DNA of 64,000 nt from Octopus sinensis (taxonomy: Eukaryota): NCBI RefSeq assembly GCF_006345805.1, contig NC_043000.1:13082001-13146000 (forward strand), read 5' to 3'. Position numbers and translations under genes: made by a program. Positions 12,456 to 24,399 of this stretch are shown piece by piece. The notes under the pieces were generated by a model. That model had not been told where the DNA came from, made no database searches, and saw only the letters and a list, made by a program, of their open reading frames with translations. Each line of letters opens with the position of its first letter. Position 1 is the stretch's first letter.

Positions 12456-13764
12456 ACACACATTATTTGCTTACACTTCTAAAGTATAATCTTTAAAGTA
12501 TAATATTTAAAGCACATAAAACCAAAATGTCTCAATAATACTTTCAAATATAGTTCAAAGTAAATTTTTGGGAAAAAAATCACTAAACAGTATTTTGGCC
12601 TAAATTGTTTAAAACCTTACAATAGAATCATAGAACATGACAGAAATTAATTGCTTAGGACTGGAAACTACATGAAGAGTAAAGAGTGTTTTAACCAAAC
12701 TATTTTTGAGATGTGAAATGTTGTGATGAAAAATAGCATTACAATTTAGTAGTGTATTGTCTTTGACAGATTTTAAATATATTTTAAAAATAACCTCTAA
12801 AAGGGCTGTACATTCTATAACCTTTTTCTTTTCTTTTGCTCATGACATTACCATAACACATCTAAATATCTCTCTGATGACTCTGTGTTTGCGAGAGTAA
12901 GGTGCTGGACTACTACTTACTAAGGTCACAAATTCAAACTTACATAAGATGTTGCTTCAGTCTGTCAAGCTGATATCAGGGCCAACATCTAACTTTAGAA
13001 AGACTTGCAGCAATAAGTCACATATGAATTTCAACAACTATTACCCAATAGTAAAAGAAAATAAATATTGATTTTATTTTTTTAAAACCATCAAAATCAG
13101 TAATGCCCTCCGTAGAAATTAAACACAAACAAGAAGTGACCAATGAAAATATAAATCCAAAGACAACAAATTTCTATTTGAACACAAAGCATCATAAAGT
13201 ATCACAGCAATATGTCAAACTTTGCCATAACCTTGTATGTACAAGTGTGTTTGCACATGTATCTGTAGGGTTCCACTATATCAAATCAACATTACAACTT
13301 TAGGGCCTGGTATCTTTTTCCTGCATTCAGACTGCTGTTTAGGTGTTAGCACATGCAAGTGCTCCAGGTATAAAAACCAAATAAAAATTAGTTAAAAGAT
13401 TATAGTTGAGACTCCCCCAAAACGTGTGTTTCTGTGTTCTTTTCAGTTATTTGTTGAATTGTTTATCGCAAGAAAATCATGTAAATATGAAAATGTGCAA
13501 TTTAAAATTACAAACGGTGAATGTATGTTTAAATTTTGTCATGTTCCAGTCATCAGAGAGAACAAGAGATGCCTGGTTTTGTTCTGCTTTGATATTTAAA
13601 ACAAACTCAGATGTTATATGGTCTCTAAAACAAGATTTTATTAAATTCCATCATATCAATTCACATTATATATTTATATACAGAGAGGGTTGTATTCTCA
13701 GTTTTCTAGTTTAAGAACTTGTGGAAAATAAATATTAAATGTAGATAATTACAAAATGTTTTGG

Positions 13765-13866
13765 TTAACCTCGAGTTGTGTACAAGTCTTTATCTTCTTC
13801 TGAACTTTGTCCAAAATCTTTCTCAACCGGTTTAATTTTTGAAGAATCTGTCTTGGTGAGGTTGAC
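13765..13866 (-). CDS. APOOL: MICOS subunit MIC27/APOOL-like terminal exon (VNLTKTDSSK...DFGQSSEEDKDLYTTRG*)
   Basis: CAG acceptor (plus CTG 13867-69), phase 0, TAA at 13767-13765. The C-terminus resembles human MIC27 DHGQSHPEDIDMYSTRS (recalled). Confidence 0.85.
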   Translation of the reverse strand, partial: VNLTKTDSSKIKPVEKDFGQSSEEDKDLYTTRG

Positions 13867-14199
13867 CTGATGTTAAATAAAACAATCATAACTTCACAAA
13901 TAATGAAATACTTTCTTTACAATCATTCAAATCGTTACATATATTTCAGACAAGGCACGACAGTAATGCAGCAGATAAAAACATAACATCTGTTTTGTAT
14001 GTTTAGTTCTCATGTGTGCCATTCCTTGTGATCAAACAACAAAGCCACCTGGTGGAGAATGCCTTTCTGATGACCTCAACAGAAAGGGAGCTCTTTCTAC
14101 ACCAACAATTAATAAGAACTAATGACAGATAATAGGACTCTGGTCCAAGATTTCCCATTCACTTTTTTCACAAATACTGAACATTATATGGATGGAAGC

Positions 14200-14577
14200 A
14201 CTCCGTCGGTTACGACGACGAGGGTTCCGGTTGATCCGAATCAACGGAACAGCCTGCTCGTGAAATTAACGTGTAAGTGGCTGAGCACTCCACAGACATG
14301 TGTACCCTTAACGTAGTTCTCGGGGATATTCAGCGTGACACAGAGAGTGACAAGGCCGGCCCTTTGAAATACAGGTACAACAGAAACAGGAAGTAAGAGT
14401 GAGAGAAAGTTGTGGTGAAAGAGTACAGCAGGGATCACCACCATCCCCTGCCGGAGTCTCGTGGAGCTTTAGGTGTTTTCGCTCAATAAACACTCACAAC
14501 GCCCGGTCTAGGAATCGAAACCGCGATCCTATGACCGCGAGTCCGCTGCCCTAACCACTGGGCCATTGCGCCTCCAC
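14200..14577 (-). mobile_element. SINE family C (head C1, tail T1)
   Basis: tRNA-like head GGCGCAATGGCCCAGTGGTTAGG...GGTTTCGATTCC; young copy. Confidence 0.88.
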
Positions 14578-14989
14578 ATGAACATTATATGCTCTTTTAC
14601 TTGTTTCAGTCATTTCTCTGTGGCCATGCTAGAGCACCACCTTTAAATGAATTAAGCATTCAACACACAGTGGAAATGCTCCACACATTTCATTCATTTA
14701 TGTCTCAGTGGTCTGATCCAATGAAGAACTGTTTGGCCATGGATACAGGGCTGGTGATGGGCTAAAAGCAATTGACCCTCTTGGAATTGATAGCTTAAAC
14801 TCGACTGTGAGATCATAGATAAGTTACATCTAGGACGCAAAAACAACCTTTTAAAAGACTAAAAAACAGTAAAAAATGTATTAAAAAACTGCTGGAATAA
14901 AACTCAGAAGTGTGCAACACTTCATCATAAAATAACTGAAGCACACAAGTTTCAGTCATGTATATCTAGATAAGGAATGAAATAGTATA

Positions 14990-15490
14990 AATTTTACTTA
15001 CTCCAAAACATATACTTCTATTGCATCTATGGTTAGTGCTATGCAGCATAAAAAAAATTAAATCAACAATTGAAGAAGTTAAAGTTGCTTTTCGTGAGAT
15101 CAAACAAATTATTAAATAAAGAAGATAGCAATAAGAGTGAAGGAAAGTGTTGTAAGGGTAGAGAGCCCTTGTGTATAATCCTGTGACTGACAACAACCGC
15201 AAAATCTTATCAATGTTGCAGAGATGTGGTTCCTTAGATGATAGCTGAAAATATCCTATATAGAGGGAGACAAATGTCTAAGCCCTTAGATGAGCAGGAA
15301 CCAGCAGAAAGAGGCAACAGGCTAAGTTTATTGGGCACCATATAAGAAGACAAGGCCATGAACACTTGGTGAAAAGAAGAGAGGGAAAACTGGGATAGAA
15401 GATATTGGATGAATTTGCTAAGCAGTGTATAGGATAAAAGAAAGTGGAGGTCTGTGGTTGTCAACACCTGTAGGCATGGCACATGAAGAC
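14990..15490 (+). pseudogene. Decayed RTE-type LINE 3' end
   Basis: Remnants ..AKFIGHHIRRQGHEHLV.. and a ..KKWRSVVVNTCRHGT* type terminus, with stops and frameshifts. Confidence 0.6.
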
Positions 15491-15644
15491 AAAAAAAGTG
15501 TTATGTAGGGCACTAGGCTTTATAAAGATGAGGACTTTCATAAAGATAACAAGATAATTCAAAATAATAATTAATATTACTAAGTAACATATCAGCATTG
15601 GCACCGTGCGGCACTCACAAAGGCTCATTCACCATAGCAGAATT

Positions 15645-15856
15645 GATGTTGTTGGTGTTGTTGTTAAGCAACAAGACGGGTAAGGGTGATTAGGTGATGG
15701 TCTAGGGCTTAGGGGCAGGAGACCCCAGACCTTGGGAAAAAAAAAATAACTGGTCGTCTTGTAGTTGAGGGCTCTTCGTTGACGCCCGACACCACTGGGA
15801 GGTGGCCCTCGAAGTCGCTGGAAATGGATATCTCCAGGTCCAAATTCTTGAACGGC
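15645..15856 (-). mobile_element. Unassigned structured retroposon, working family E, copy 1
   Basis: Highly similar to the copies at about 38270 and 56890; shared 5' start CCGTYCAAGAATTTGGAC; (AAC)n tail. Confidence 0.8.
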
Positions 15857-16484
15857 TGATGTTGGTGCTGGTGCCACCACATACAATGCACCCAGTACAT
15901 TCAGTGGATAGTTGGCACTAGGAAGGGCATCAGGCTGTAGAAACCATGCCAGAACAGACAATGGAGGCTGGTGGCCTTACCAGCTTCAGTTAAACTGTGC
16001 AACTCGTGTCAGAATGGAAAATGGATGTTCAACGATGATGGTGATGATTTTTCCATGCTTACCTGGGCTGGACAGAATTTCTCCAGTGAAATGACCTGTT
16101 GCCAATCATCACCTGTTTCCAAGCAAGGCAATATTTTCTGCATGATCAGACATGATTTCACAAAAGATTGGAAACAAAGGACACCAAAGTGACACCCATT
16201 TACGGCTACCACGCTGTGTCAATGCAACAAGAAACTAACACAAACACAACAGGCTTTCTTCAGTTTCTATCTACCAAATCCACTCACAATATTTTGGTTT
16301 GCCCAGGGTTGTAGTAGAAGACACTTGACAAGGGGTATTGCAGTGCCACAGAACTGAAATCAACTTCTATGTGTAAACAACCACTTATATTGTTTATACT
16401 GCCCCTGTATTACTACGATCTTAAGCTAAGATACAACTTAGCTCCAACTTAATGTATAAGTTTACCTGGAAGCTGGAGTCACCT

Positions 16485-16740
16485 TGACTGGCTTCCGTGC
16501 CGATGGCAAGTAAAAAGCACCAACCAATCGTGGCCATTGCCAGCCTCCCCTGGCACCTGCGCCGGTGGCACGTAAAAACACCCACTACACTCACGGAGTG
16601 GTTGGCGTTAGGAAGGGCATCCAGCTGTAGAAACACTGCCAGATCAGACTGGAGCCTGATGCAGCCTCCTGGCTTCCCAGACCCCGGTCGAACCGTCCAA
16701 CCCATGCTAGCATGGAAAATGGACGTTAAACGATGATTCC
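16485..16740 (+). mobile_element. Retroposon family D (2 hairpin units), 40 nt from an APOOL splice donor
   Basis: Same core and tail. Confidence 0.82.
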
Positions 16741-16776
16741 ATGTAAACAAGTAAAGAATTTTAAAGGACGACTTAC

Positions 16777-16862
16777 CACAACATTTTTCCCGTCTGATTT
16801 CTGTGCAGGAGCTTTTTCTTCTTTCACTGCTGTTTCTTTGACAGGCTCAGGTGGACATGCAG
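16777..16862 (-). CDS. APOOL: APOOL-like exon 7 (ACPPEPVKETAVKEEKAPAQKSDGKNVV)
   Basis: CCCTACAG acceptor, GTAAGT donor, 86 nt phase 1-0, which fits both neighbours. Confidence 0.8.
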
Positions 16863-17162
16863 CTGTAGGGACAACACAGGAGATTTAAATCTATTTGAAA
16901 CACAACCATTTTGACAGCTGTTGATGTTACATGATGCTAGGATATACAGAACCAACAATCAATAAGTGCAGAAGAACTTGTAAAAGTTGTAGCTCTTATA
17001 GCACTCTGATTCAGTCCACCTACAGTAGAGTTTATGGGCAGACAAAAATAGGCCGACAGTGGAAAGAGCCAGATTGTCATATTGTATTCTATACAATTGA
17101 TCAATGCATATTAAACAGTAAGGACCTTGGTTAATCAGAGATATGGTATAAGTAGGAAGCAT

Positions 17163-17400
17163 GGTGGTGAGCTGGCAGAAACGTTAGCACGCAGCGCGAA
17201 ATGCTTAGCGGAATTTCGTCTGCCGTTACGTTCTGAGTTCAAATTCCGCTGAGGTCGACTTTGCCTTTCAATCCTTTCGGGGTCGATTAAATAAGTACCA
17301 GTTACGCACTGGGGTCGATGTAATCGACTGAATACCTTTGTCTGTCCTTGTTTGTCCCCTCTGTGTTTAGCCCCTTGTGGGTAGTAAAGAAATAGGTATA
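17163..17400 (+). mobile_element. SINE family A (long-tail variant ending CCCCTTGTGGGTAGTAAAGAAATA)
   Basis: Young, near-consensus copy. Confidence 0.85.
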
Positions 17401-17664
17401 AGTAGGAAGATAAATCTGAGGGTCACACCTTGTTTTTTAGTGGACAACTTGAATACTGCAGATTTACTCTGGGTTTCCAACAGTAGCAGCTGCTCTGCTT
17501 GGACAATGTTAAACAAACACACATATATATATATACACATGACAGTCTTCTTTCAGTTTCTGTCTACCATATGAGTCTTTTCATTGTTCTACTTAAGAGT
17601 TAATTAATTTAGGCCACAGCCAATAATATATTCAGCACGGTTAAGATTGCAAAGTTATACATAC

Positions 17665-17820
17665 GTGGTGGTGCCGTTAAGAATTTCCACAGTCTGCAGC
17701 TTTGAGAAACAACTCCATCATATGCAGAATAGGTGACATTAGCTGCCTGTTTTGGGTAGCAGAGGGAGGCTGCAGACACGATGGCTATGGAACTGTATGT
17801 CACTTTCTTCATTCTACCTC
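17665..17820 (-). CDS. APOOL: APOOL-like exon 6 (GRMKKVTYSSIAIVSAASLCYPKQAA...WKFLTAPP)
   Basis: TTTTCAG acceptor, GTATGT donor, phase 1-1. KK..Y......ASLCYP.QA is the second ApoO transmembrane motif. Confidence 0.9.
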
Positions 17821-17899
17821 CTGAAAATTAAAGAAAAAAACCACTAAGAGTTTAAAGTATAAAGATTTTAAAAATATCTTGTGTTAACACTAAGCAGTG

Positions 17900-18430
17900 A
17901 TACTATTTTACTTGTTTCAGTCATTTGACTGTGGCTGTGCTGGAGCACAGCCTTTAGTTGAGCAAATCGACCCCAGGACTTATTCTATCAGTCTCTTTTG
18001 CCGAACCACTAAGTTACAGGGAAGTAAACACACCAGTATCGGTTGTCAAGTGATGTTGGGGAGACAAACACAGACACACAAACATATACACACACACATA
18101 CATATATATACATATATACGACAGGCTTATTTCAATTTCTGTCTACCAAATCCACTCACAAGGCTTTGGTCAGCCTGAGGCTATAGTAGAAGACACTTGC
18201 CCAAGGTGCTACGCAGTGGGACTGAACCCGGAACCAGGTGGTTCGTAAGCAAGCTACTTACCACACAGCCATTTCTACGCCTACATGATGACATTCTTTC
18301 AGTTTCCATCTCTCAAATTCACTCACAAGGATTTGGTTGGCCTGGGGCAAGAGTAGAAGACACCAGCCCAAGGTATTGTGCAATGGGACTGAATCATGGT
18401 TGGGAAGCAACCACACATCCACACCTGTAC
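17900..18430 (-). mobile_element. SINE family B plus an adjacent partial second copy
   Basis: Full copy about 17900-18290, partial copy 18295-18430. Confidence 0.8.
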
Positions 18431-18672
18431 CTAGAATGAAAAACTGACAGACATGGAAAGAAATTTCCCGTAGATGATTGATGTTGTAGAGAGGTGAGGT
18501 GTGTCAGAGGGGACACTCTAAATCCACTTCCTGCTTGAAGGATGACGACTGTAAAGCTAATAACCTATCACATAGTCAGGTCTCTACCATACAGCAAGGT
18601 GGACAGGGCTGTAGAAAGTATCTGGGCCTTGGACACAGTGCAGTGCTAGTGAGAAGACATGAACTCCTTATA

Positions 18673-18993
18673 TCATGAAAAAAACAAAAGACAAAGACAG
18701 GTGGTGTAGAAAACAAACAGATGTATTAGTATAACGCTCAGGAATTGAAAAAGTCTTTAACGTTTCGAGCCTACGCTCTTCTACAGAAAGGAACACAGAA
18801 AGAAACAAGGAGAGAAAAGAATGTGTGTAGTGGCTACCGATCTATCATCACCATGATAGATCGGTAGCCACTACACACATTTTTTTCTCTCCTTGTTTCT
18901 TTCTGTAAAAGACTTTTTCAATTCCTGTGCATTATACTAATACATCTGTTTGTTGCCTACATCACCTGTCTTCGTCTTTTGTTTTTTTCATGA
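18673..18993. repeat. Fold-back (palindromic) element, Penelope pLTR-like, 4-nt loop; the right arm has an internal deletion
   Basis: Arms 18673-18848 and 18853-18993. Confidence 0.85.
18755..18790 (-). ncRNA. Variant minimal hammerhead-like motif
   Basis: CUUU/AAAG helix I, non-canonical core CUGUAGAA, GAGC-GUAG-GCUC helix II, GAAAC-GUU. Confidence 0.45.
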
Positions 18994-19300
18994 ATTCTCC
19001 CCATATATCACATGCTCACCTGGTCGCACCAGTTGATCCTGTCACCTCTTATCACCCACGAACTTCTCCGCTGGACTTTCTACCCTTTATAGATTCTCTT
19101 TTGGAAATTTTACCCTCCGGCTGCACCTCTCCTACCTATGGATTAATGTGGACTCTACTTTTGATGAAAAATCCTTATAACATGGCTGATAAGTTGACCC
19201 TCTTCAAGAAATAACTCTCTCTGTAAATATTGTGAAATTATGAGAAATATATAATGCTCAATAAACATAAACGAAGCAAAAAATAAAAAAATGAGCTTAC

Positions 19301-19396
19301 CTTTGTAACCAGCTACGATGCCACCTAGACCAGCCACTGTGATTACTCCAGCTCGGGCTAGTACATTTGGATCATTTTGGATATAATCAATAAGAC
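19301..19396 (-). CDS. APOOL: APOOL-like exon 5 (LIDYIQNDPNVLARAGVITVAGLGGIVAGYK)
   Basis: TTTCAG acceptor, GTAAG donor, phase 1-1. GVITVAGLGG is the glycine-rich first ApoO transmembrane motif. Confidence 0.9.
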
Positions 19397-19499
19397 CTGA
19401 AATGGAAATGACAATGCAGTTGTAAATGGACAGCCATCTGTTTCAATTCACACTTAACAACCTGTGTTTCTTCTCAACATTTCATATTCAACACACTCC

Positions 19500-20030
19500 A
19501 CTCAACAATGCACATCTAACATATCACACACAACTTGTGTTTCCACTCAATATTACACTTCCGAAACACCACACTCAACCAGTCTCCACTCAATACTATA
19601 CATCCAAAACACCATACTCAACTAGTTTCTACTCAAGATTACAATTCCAAAACACCATACTCAATTAGTTTTTTATTTCTTTACTGCCCACAAGGGGCTA
19701 CACCCAGAGGGGACAAACAAGGACAAACGGTTTAAGTCGATTATATCGACCCCAGTGCATGACTGTTACTTATTTAATCGACCCCGAAAGGATGAAAGGC
19801 AAAGTCTACCTCGGCGGAATTTGAACTCAGAACGCAGCGGTAGACGAAATACCGCTAAGCATTTCGCCCGGCATGCTAACGTTTCTGCCAGCTCACCATA
19901 CTCAATTAGTTTCTGCTCAACATTACACTTCCAAAACACCACACTCAACCAGTCTCCTCTCAACATTACACTTCCAAAACACCACACAGTCTATGTCCAC
20001 TCAATATTACACATCCAACACACCACTCGC
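19500..20030 (+). repeat. 43-bp minisatellite (CAATATTACACTTCCAAAACACCACACTCAACCAGTCTCCACT-like), split by SINE-A
   Basis: Unit starts at 19548, 19591 and 19634 and resumes after 19896. Confidence 0.8.
19672..19896 (-). mobile_element. SINE family A inserted in a minisatellite
   Basis: Flanked by a CCATACTCAATTAGTTT duplication. Confidence 0.85.
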
Positions 20031-20149
20031 CCTTTCCTATTCAACATCCTATGCACCACAAGACCACTTCCATATTGCTTCAACAGCTTTCACAAACCAC
20101 ACACTGACATAGAAAAAAAAAAACAAACACTGGCATTCATCAGTTATGG

Positions 20150-20450
20150 TGATGAGAGTTCCAGTTGATCCAATCAACAGAACAGCCTGCTCATGAAATT
20201 AACGTGGGAATGATTGAGTACTCCACAGACATGCATAACCCCTTAATGAAGTCCTCAAGGAGATTCAGTGTGACACAGAATGTGATGAGGCTTGACTTAT
20301 GAAATACAGGTTTTGAAATAGATTTTTGCCAGCTGAGTGGACTAGCGTAATGTGAAATGAAGTGTCTTGCTCACGGATACAACATGCCACCAAAAAATGA
20401 ACTCACGACATTACGATCATAAGCTAAATACACTAAGCCACGTGCCACTA
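20150..20450 (-). mobile_element. SINE family C, diverged
   Basis: T1 tail and head are recognisable. Confidence 0.7.
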
Positions 20451-20532
20451 CTCAATACAGACATTGATATTTCACTGTCCATCAGGGTATAGAGCAGTGT
20501 CATGGTTGGTAAGTGAAACAGTGTTGTTTGCA

Positions 20533-21066
20533 CAAGGGTGAGTCAAAAAGTAATACCATTTTGTTTAGGACAGGTATGATACACAGGAAAATGTATCATA
20601 TATCAAAATGAAGCTGGTCCTCTGTGGATCACATCCCTACTCCTCAACACAGTCACTGTTTTTCTCAATAGCAATGTTTCACCTTCGAATGAGAGCATGT
20701 ATCCCTGCCCCGTAAAATTCTATTGACTGTTCTCTGAGCCACTTCTTCAATACAGTTTTCACTTCCTCTTCACTGGACTATCGTCCCTTTGGCCCCATGA
20801 AAGAGGGTTTGAGGGGCAAACATTATTCCAGTGATGTGGACGTGAAAACTGTAGTGAAGAAATGGCTCAAAGAACAGTCAACAGAATTTTATGGGGCAGG
20901 GATACATGCTCTCATTTGAGGGTGGAACATAGAAACGGTGACTATGATGAGGAGTAGGGATGTGATCCACAGAGGACAAACTTCATTTTAATGTATGATA
21001 TATGTTCCTGTATTGGTAGTTATACCTGTCCTAAACAAAATGGCATCACTTTTTGACTCACCCTTG
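20533..21066. mobile_element. Mariner-derived fold-back element (two inverted right ends)
   Basis: TIR CAAGGGTGAGTCAAAAAGT; TA at the right end; transposase tail GPMKEGLRGKHY..VKKWLKEQSTEFY.AGIHAL present in both orientations. Confidence 0.85.
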
Positions 21067-21139
21067 TACTTCAGAAAATCTCTTTCAGTTCTCTCATCCA
21101 AAATCTCTTTATTTCTCCCTCTTTCTCTCTCTCTCACAC

Positions 21140-21300
21140 ACACTGGACATCTTTTCAGTTTTATGTCAACTAAATCCATTCACAAGGATTGGTCAACCCA
21201 GGGCTAAAGCAGAAGACACTTGCCCAAAGTGCCACATGGTGGTACTGAAACTGTAACCATGTGGTTGGGAAGCAAACTTCTTGCCACATGGCCACACCTG
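21140..21300 (-). mobile_element. SINE family B, 5' part
   Basis: Head and core match. Confidence 0.7.
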
Positions 21301-21447
21301 GGCCTATAATGTTTATGTAAAAAAACACAAACGTCCTGATGTGTATCAGTTAAAAGTATGACTCTGTCTCAAGGTAAAACTAATTGAGGGTTTGAGTGTA
21401 GCATATCACTCATTGAAATTAAGGTCTGAGTGTAAGGTAATACTCAC

Positions 21448-21502
21448 CTAAAGTGTGGGCCTTGGAAACTTCCCATTTATATGACACTTTCTCTGAGAAA
21501 TT
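21448..21502 (-). CDS. APOOL: APOOL-like exon 4 (NFSEKVSYKWEVSKAHTL)
   Basis: TTTACAG acceptor, GTGAGT donor, 55 nt phase 0-1, exactly bridging exons 3 and 5. Confidence 0.82.
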
Positions 21503-21562
21503 CTGTAAATAACAAAAAAGGCTCTATGTTATTGTTGTTGCTGTTTAACTCCAGGTGAGTCA

Positions 21563-21980
21563 ACATCATCATCATCATCTTCATTTAATGTCCATTTTCC
21601 ATGCTAGCATGGGTTGGACAGTTTGACTGAAAACTGGTCAGCTGGGGAGCTGCACCAGGTTCCAATCTGATTTGGTATGGTTTCTACAGCTGGATGCCCT
21701 TCCTAATGCCAACCACTCCAAGAGTGTAGTGGGTGCCTTTTACATGCCACCAGTACAGGTGCCAGTTACAAAACACCAGCATTGGCCACGACTGTGATTT
21801 CACTTGGCTTGACAGGTCTTCTGGAGCATGAAGTGACCGAGTCAAAGGTCTCAGTCACTTGTCACTGCCTTAGTGTGCCCTAAAGTTTGCAGGGTGCTTT
21901 TTACGTGCCACCATCACAAGTGCCAGTTATTCGACACTGGTATCAGGCACAACTGCAATTTCATTTGGTTTGATGGGTCC
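21563..21980 (-). mobile_element. Retroposon family D with two upstream GACC..TCAAGCCAAGTGAAAT modules resembling an RTE ORF end
   Basis: Same core; the upstream module resembles the fragment at 25905-26000. Confidence 0.75.
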
Positions 21981-22199
21981 CAACTGAATAAGCCTTATGA
22001 CACATAGACAGTTAGTTGTGTAACTCCTGGTGCGCCATATAAAATCACAACTCATACAGTTGAAGAAAAAAATAACCAAGGTTTGGGAGTTAGCATGTTA
22101 CTGCAAGGAATGTGACCACACAAATATCATACAACTTGAACCATCGTAGGTTCAAGTTTGCATGTTGCTGTCTGTTAGGCCTCATCACTGAGCATCTCT

Positions 22200-22607
22200 C
22201 CTGATGGCACCTGAGCCCCGTGCTGGTAGGGTGCTAAGAGCACCATCCGAGTGATCGTTGCCAGAGCAGCTAAATGGCTTCCATGCTGGTCGCACGTAAA
22301 AAGCACCATTCGAGCGTGATCGTTACCAGCATCGCCTTACTGGCACCTGTGCCAGTGGCATGTGTAAAAGATTCGAGCGGGGTTGTTGCCAGTACCGCCT
22401 GACTGGCCCATGTGCCGGTGGTACGTAAAAGCACCCACTACAGTCTCGGAGTGGTTGGTGTTAGGAAGGTCATCCAGTTGTAAGAACTCTGCCAGATCAA
22501 GATTGGAGCCTGGTGCAGCCATCTGGTTCGCCAGCCCTCAGTCAAATCGTTCAACCCATGCTAGCATGGAAAGCGGATGTTAAATGATGATGATGATGAT
22601 GATGATG
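22200..22607 (+). mobile_element. Retroposon family D, long copy with a (GAT)n tail
   Basis: Same core, 3-4 hairpin units. Confidence 0.82.
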
Positions 22608-23054
22608 TATCCTCAACCTTACAAAGATTTTGCCAATATTCTTATGGCTTATTTAGATGAAGTGCAGCAGCAACCACCAGGACTTTATTGTAAGTCTTCC
22701 TGGTTGAATGCATCAAAAGAGTGCACTCTGCTAAATGCACCAAAGGGCCAGGCGGAGGTATTAAACAGATTGAGTGGTTAAGTCTACCACTTAAGGACAG
22801 TTATAATCCTCAACAGGCTTCAGTACAGTTTCTGTCTCGTCAACATGAATTGAACTCATAGTCTTCCAGATCATAATTCAGTACTTTAACTCTGTAGCAT
22901 TCGGATTATTCTGTCAAATGTAATGCTTCTTTATTCACATTACTTTGAATTAATAATGCCTTACCACGTAGCTTTGAGATTTCAATGGTAAGATTGCTTA
23001 TTTTTAGAATGTCATTGATGAAAATGGCAGAAGACAAAGAATCATCTTCCATAC

Positions 23055-23180
23055 CTTCATTGATTCTTGATATTCTGCAAAGAACCTGCGTACACTTCCA
23101 ATTCCTTTCTGCAAAATATTTCGCTCAGAAGGTACAAACTGATAGACATACTTCTTTGGAGCCGGTTCATATATTGGCAG
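23055..23180 (-). CDS. APOOL: APOOL-like exon 3 (LPIYEPAPKKYVYQFVPSERNILQKGIGSVRRFFAEYQESMK)
   Basis: CTCCAG acceptor, GTATG donor, phase 0-0. LPIY is the conserved ApoO N-terminal motif. Confidence 0.88.
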
Positions 23181-23421
23181 CTGGAGATGGAAGAAAATCA
23201 CAATGTAAAAGTCACAATAGGAAGAACAAATAAATAAAGAAACAGAGTTTATTACATAGTTAGAGATTCTGTTAAACAGAATTCAAATTTTATATCTCTG
23301 AAGAGCAGAAGCGTTGTCTATAAATGCTTATCAATATAGGATTTCATTAAAGGGACAACTCTTCTGTGAAACGATTGTAAGATGCTTTAAATAATTAATT
23401 CAGAACTTTTAAACTGTCATA

Positions 23422-23796
23422 TCTTTATATATAAAAGTAAGGTTGTGTGTCTGTCTCCTACTATTTAGATTCCTAACTACTCCCACATTTTGCGGTGCAG
23501 TTTAACCAAAACCGGGTATCTTATAGTCGTGATTCATATCGAGCCCTTCTGGGTATTAGCGTGTGTCTACAATTTTAAAAATAATTTACCATCATTTTTT
23601 CCATTTTAATGCATTTTTTCGCTATTATATAAGGGAAGTAACTCTCTAAAAATGTCTACGATGAGTCAACGATTTAAAATAAAATTTACCATAATTTTTT
23701 TTCCATTTTTAATGCATTTTTTTGCTATTTTTTGGCTATAACTCTCTAAAAATGCTTTATAGTTATTTCCCTTACAAACCCGAGCGATACTGCTAG
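23422..23796 (+). mobile_element. Non-autonomous Helitron
   Basis: 5' TC, 3' CTAG, inserted between A and T, no TSD; internal ~100-bp duplication. Confidence 0.78.
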
Positions 23797-24399
23797 TACA
23801 TTATATATTTATACTTATACATATTTACATATATTTTTATACATATATTTTTATACATATATTTTTAATACAATAATTATTTTTCACATGTGTATATCTT
23901 TCAGGAGTTTTGATATTGATTTCCTAATTTTGATAATAATATATTATTAAAAAATATATTTATGTATATAGTTAGAGATTGGTAAGAGAAATGAGGGGCA
24001 GAGCTGCTTGAAATTATGGTGAGGTACAATGAGCAGGGATGTCTGTGTGATTAAGAAGCTTGTTTGCAAATCACGTGGCCTTAGGCTCAGTCCTACTGTT
24101 TGGGACAAAAAAATTATGAAACAATCAATACAGCTACAGAAGATATATGTGTGTGTGTGTGTGTGTCTACAAAGCAACAAGGTTCAGTACAGTTTTCATA
24201 TACCAAATTCCATGAACACTGCATTGGTTAATGTGAGGCTATGACAGAAGAGACTGAGGCCCAAAGTGACTCACAGTGAGATTGAACCTGGAACCATATA
24301 ACTGTGAAGCAAATGCCTTAACCATAAAACCATGTTTTTTAATTTCTTTTCAATTCAATTTTTATTGGCTCAAAAAGCAAAAGCAAGGCCATGTAGGAG

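Noticed and set aside
12870-12905. CTGATGA followed by a CTC/GAG stem
   Set aside because: No GAAA or helix III follows. Other CTGATGA hits on either strand also failed.
13751-13866. Alternative reading of the last APOOL exon (STSPRQILQKLNRLRKIL...)
   Set aside because: The upstream exon ends in phase 0, and the phase-0 frame matches the MIC27 C-terminus.
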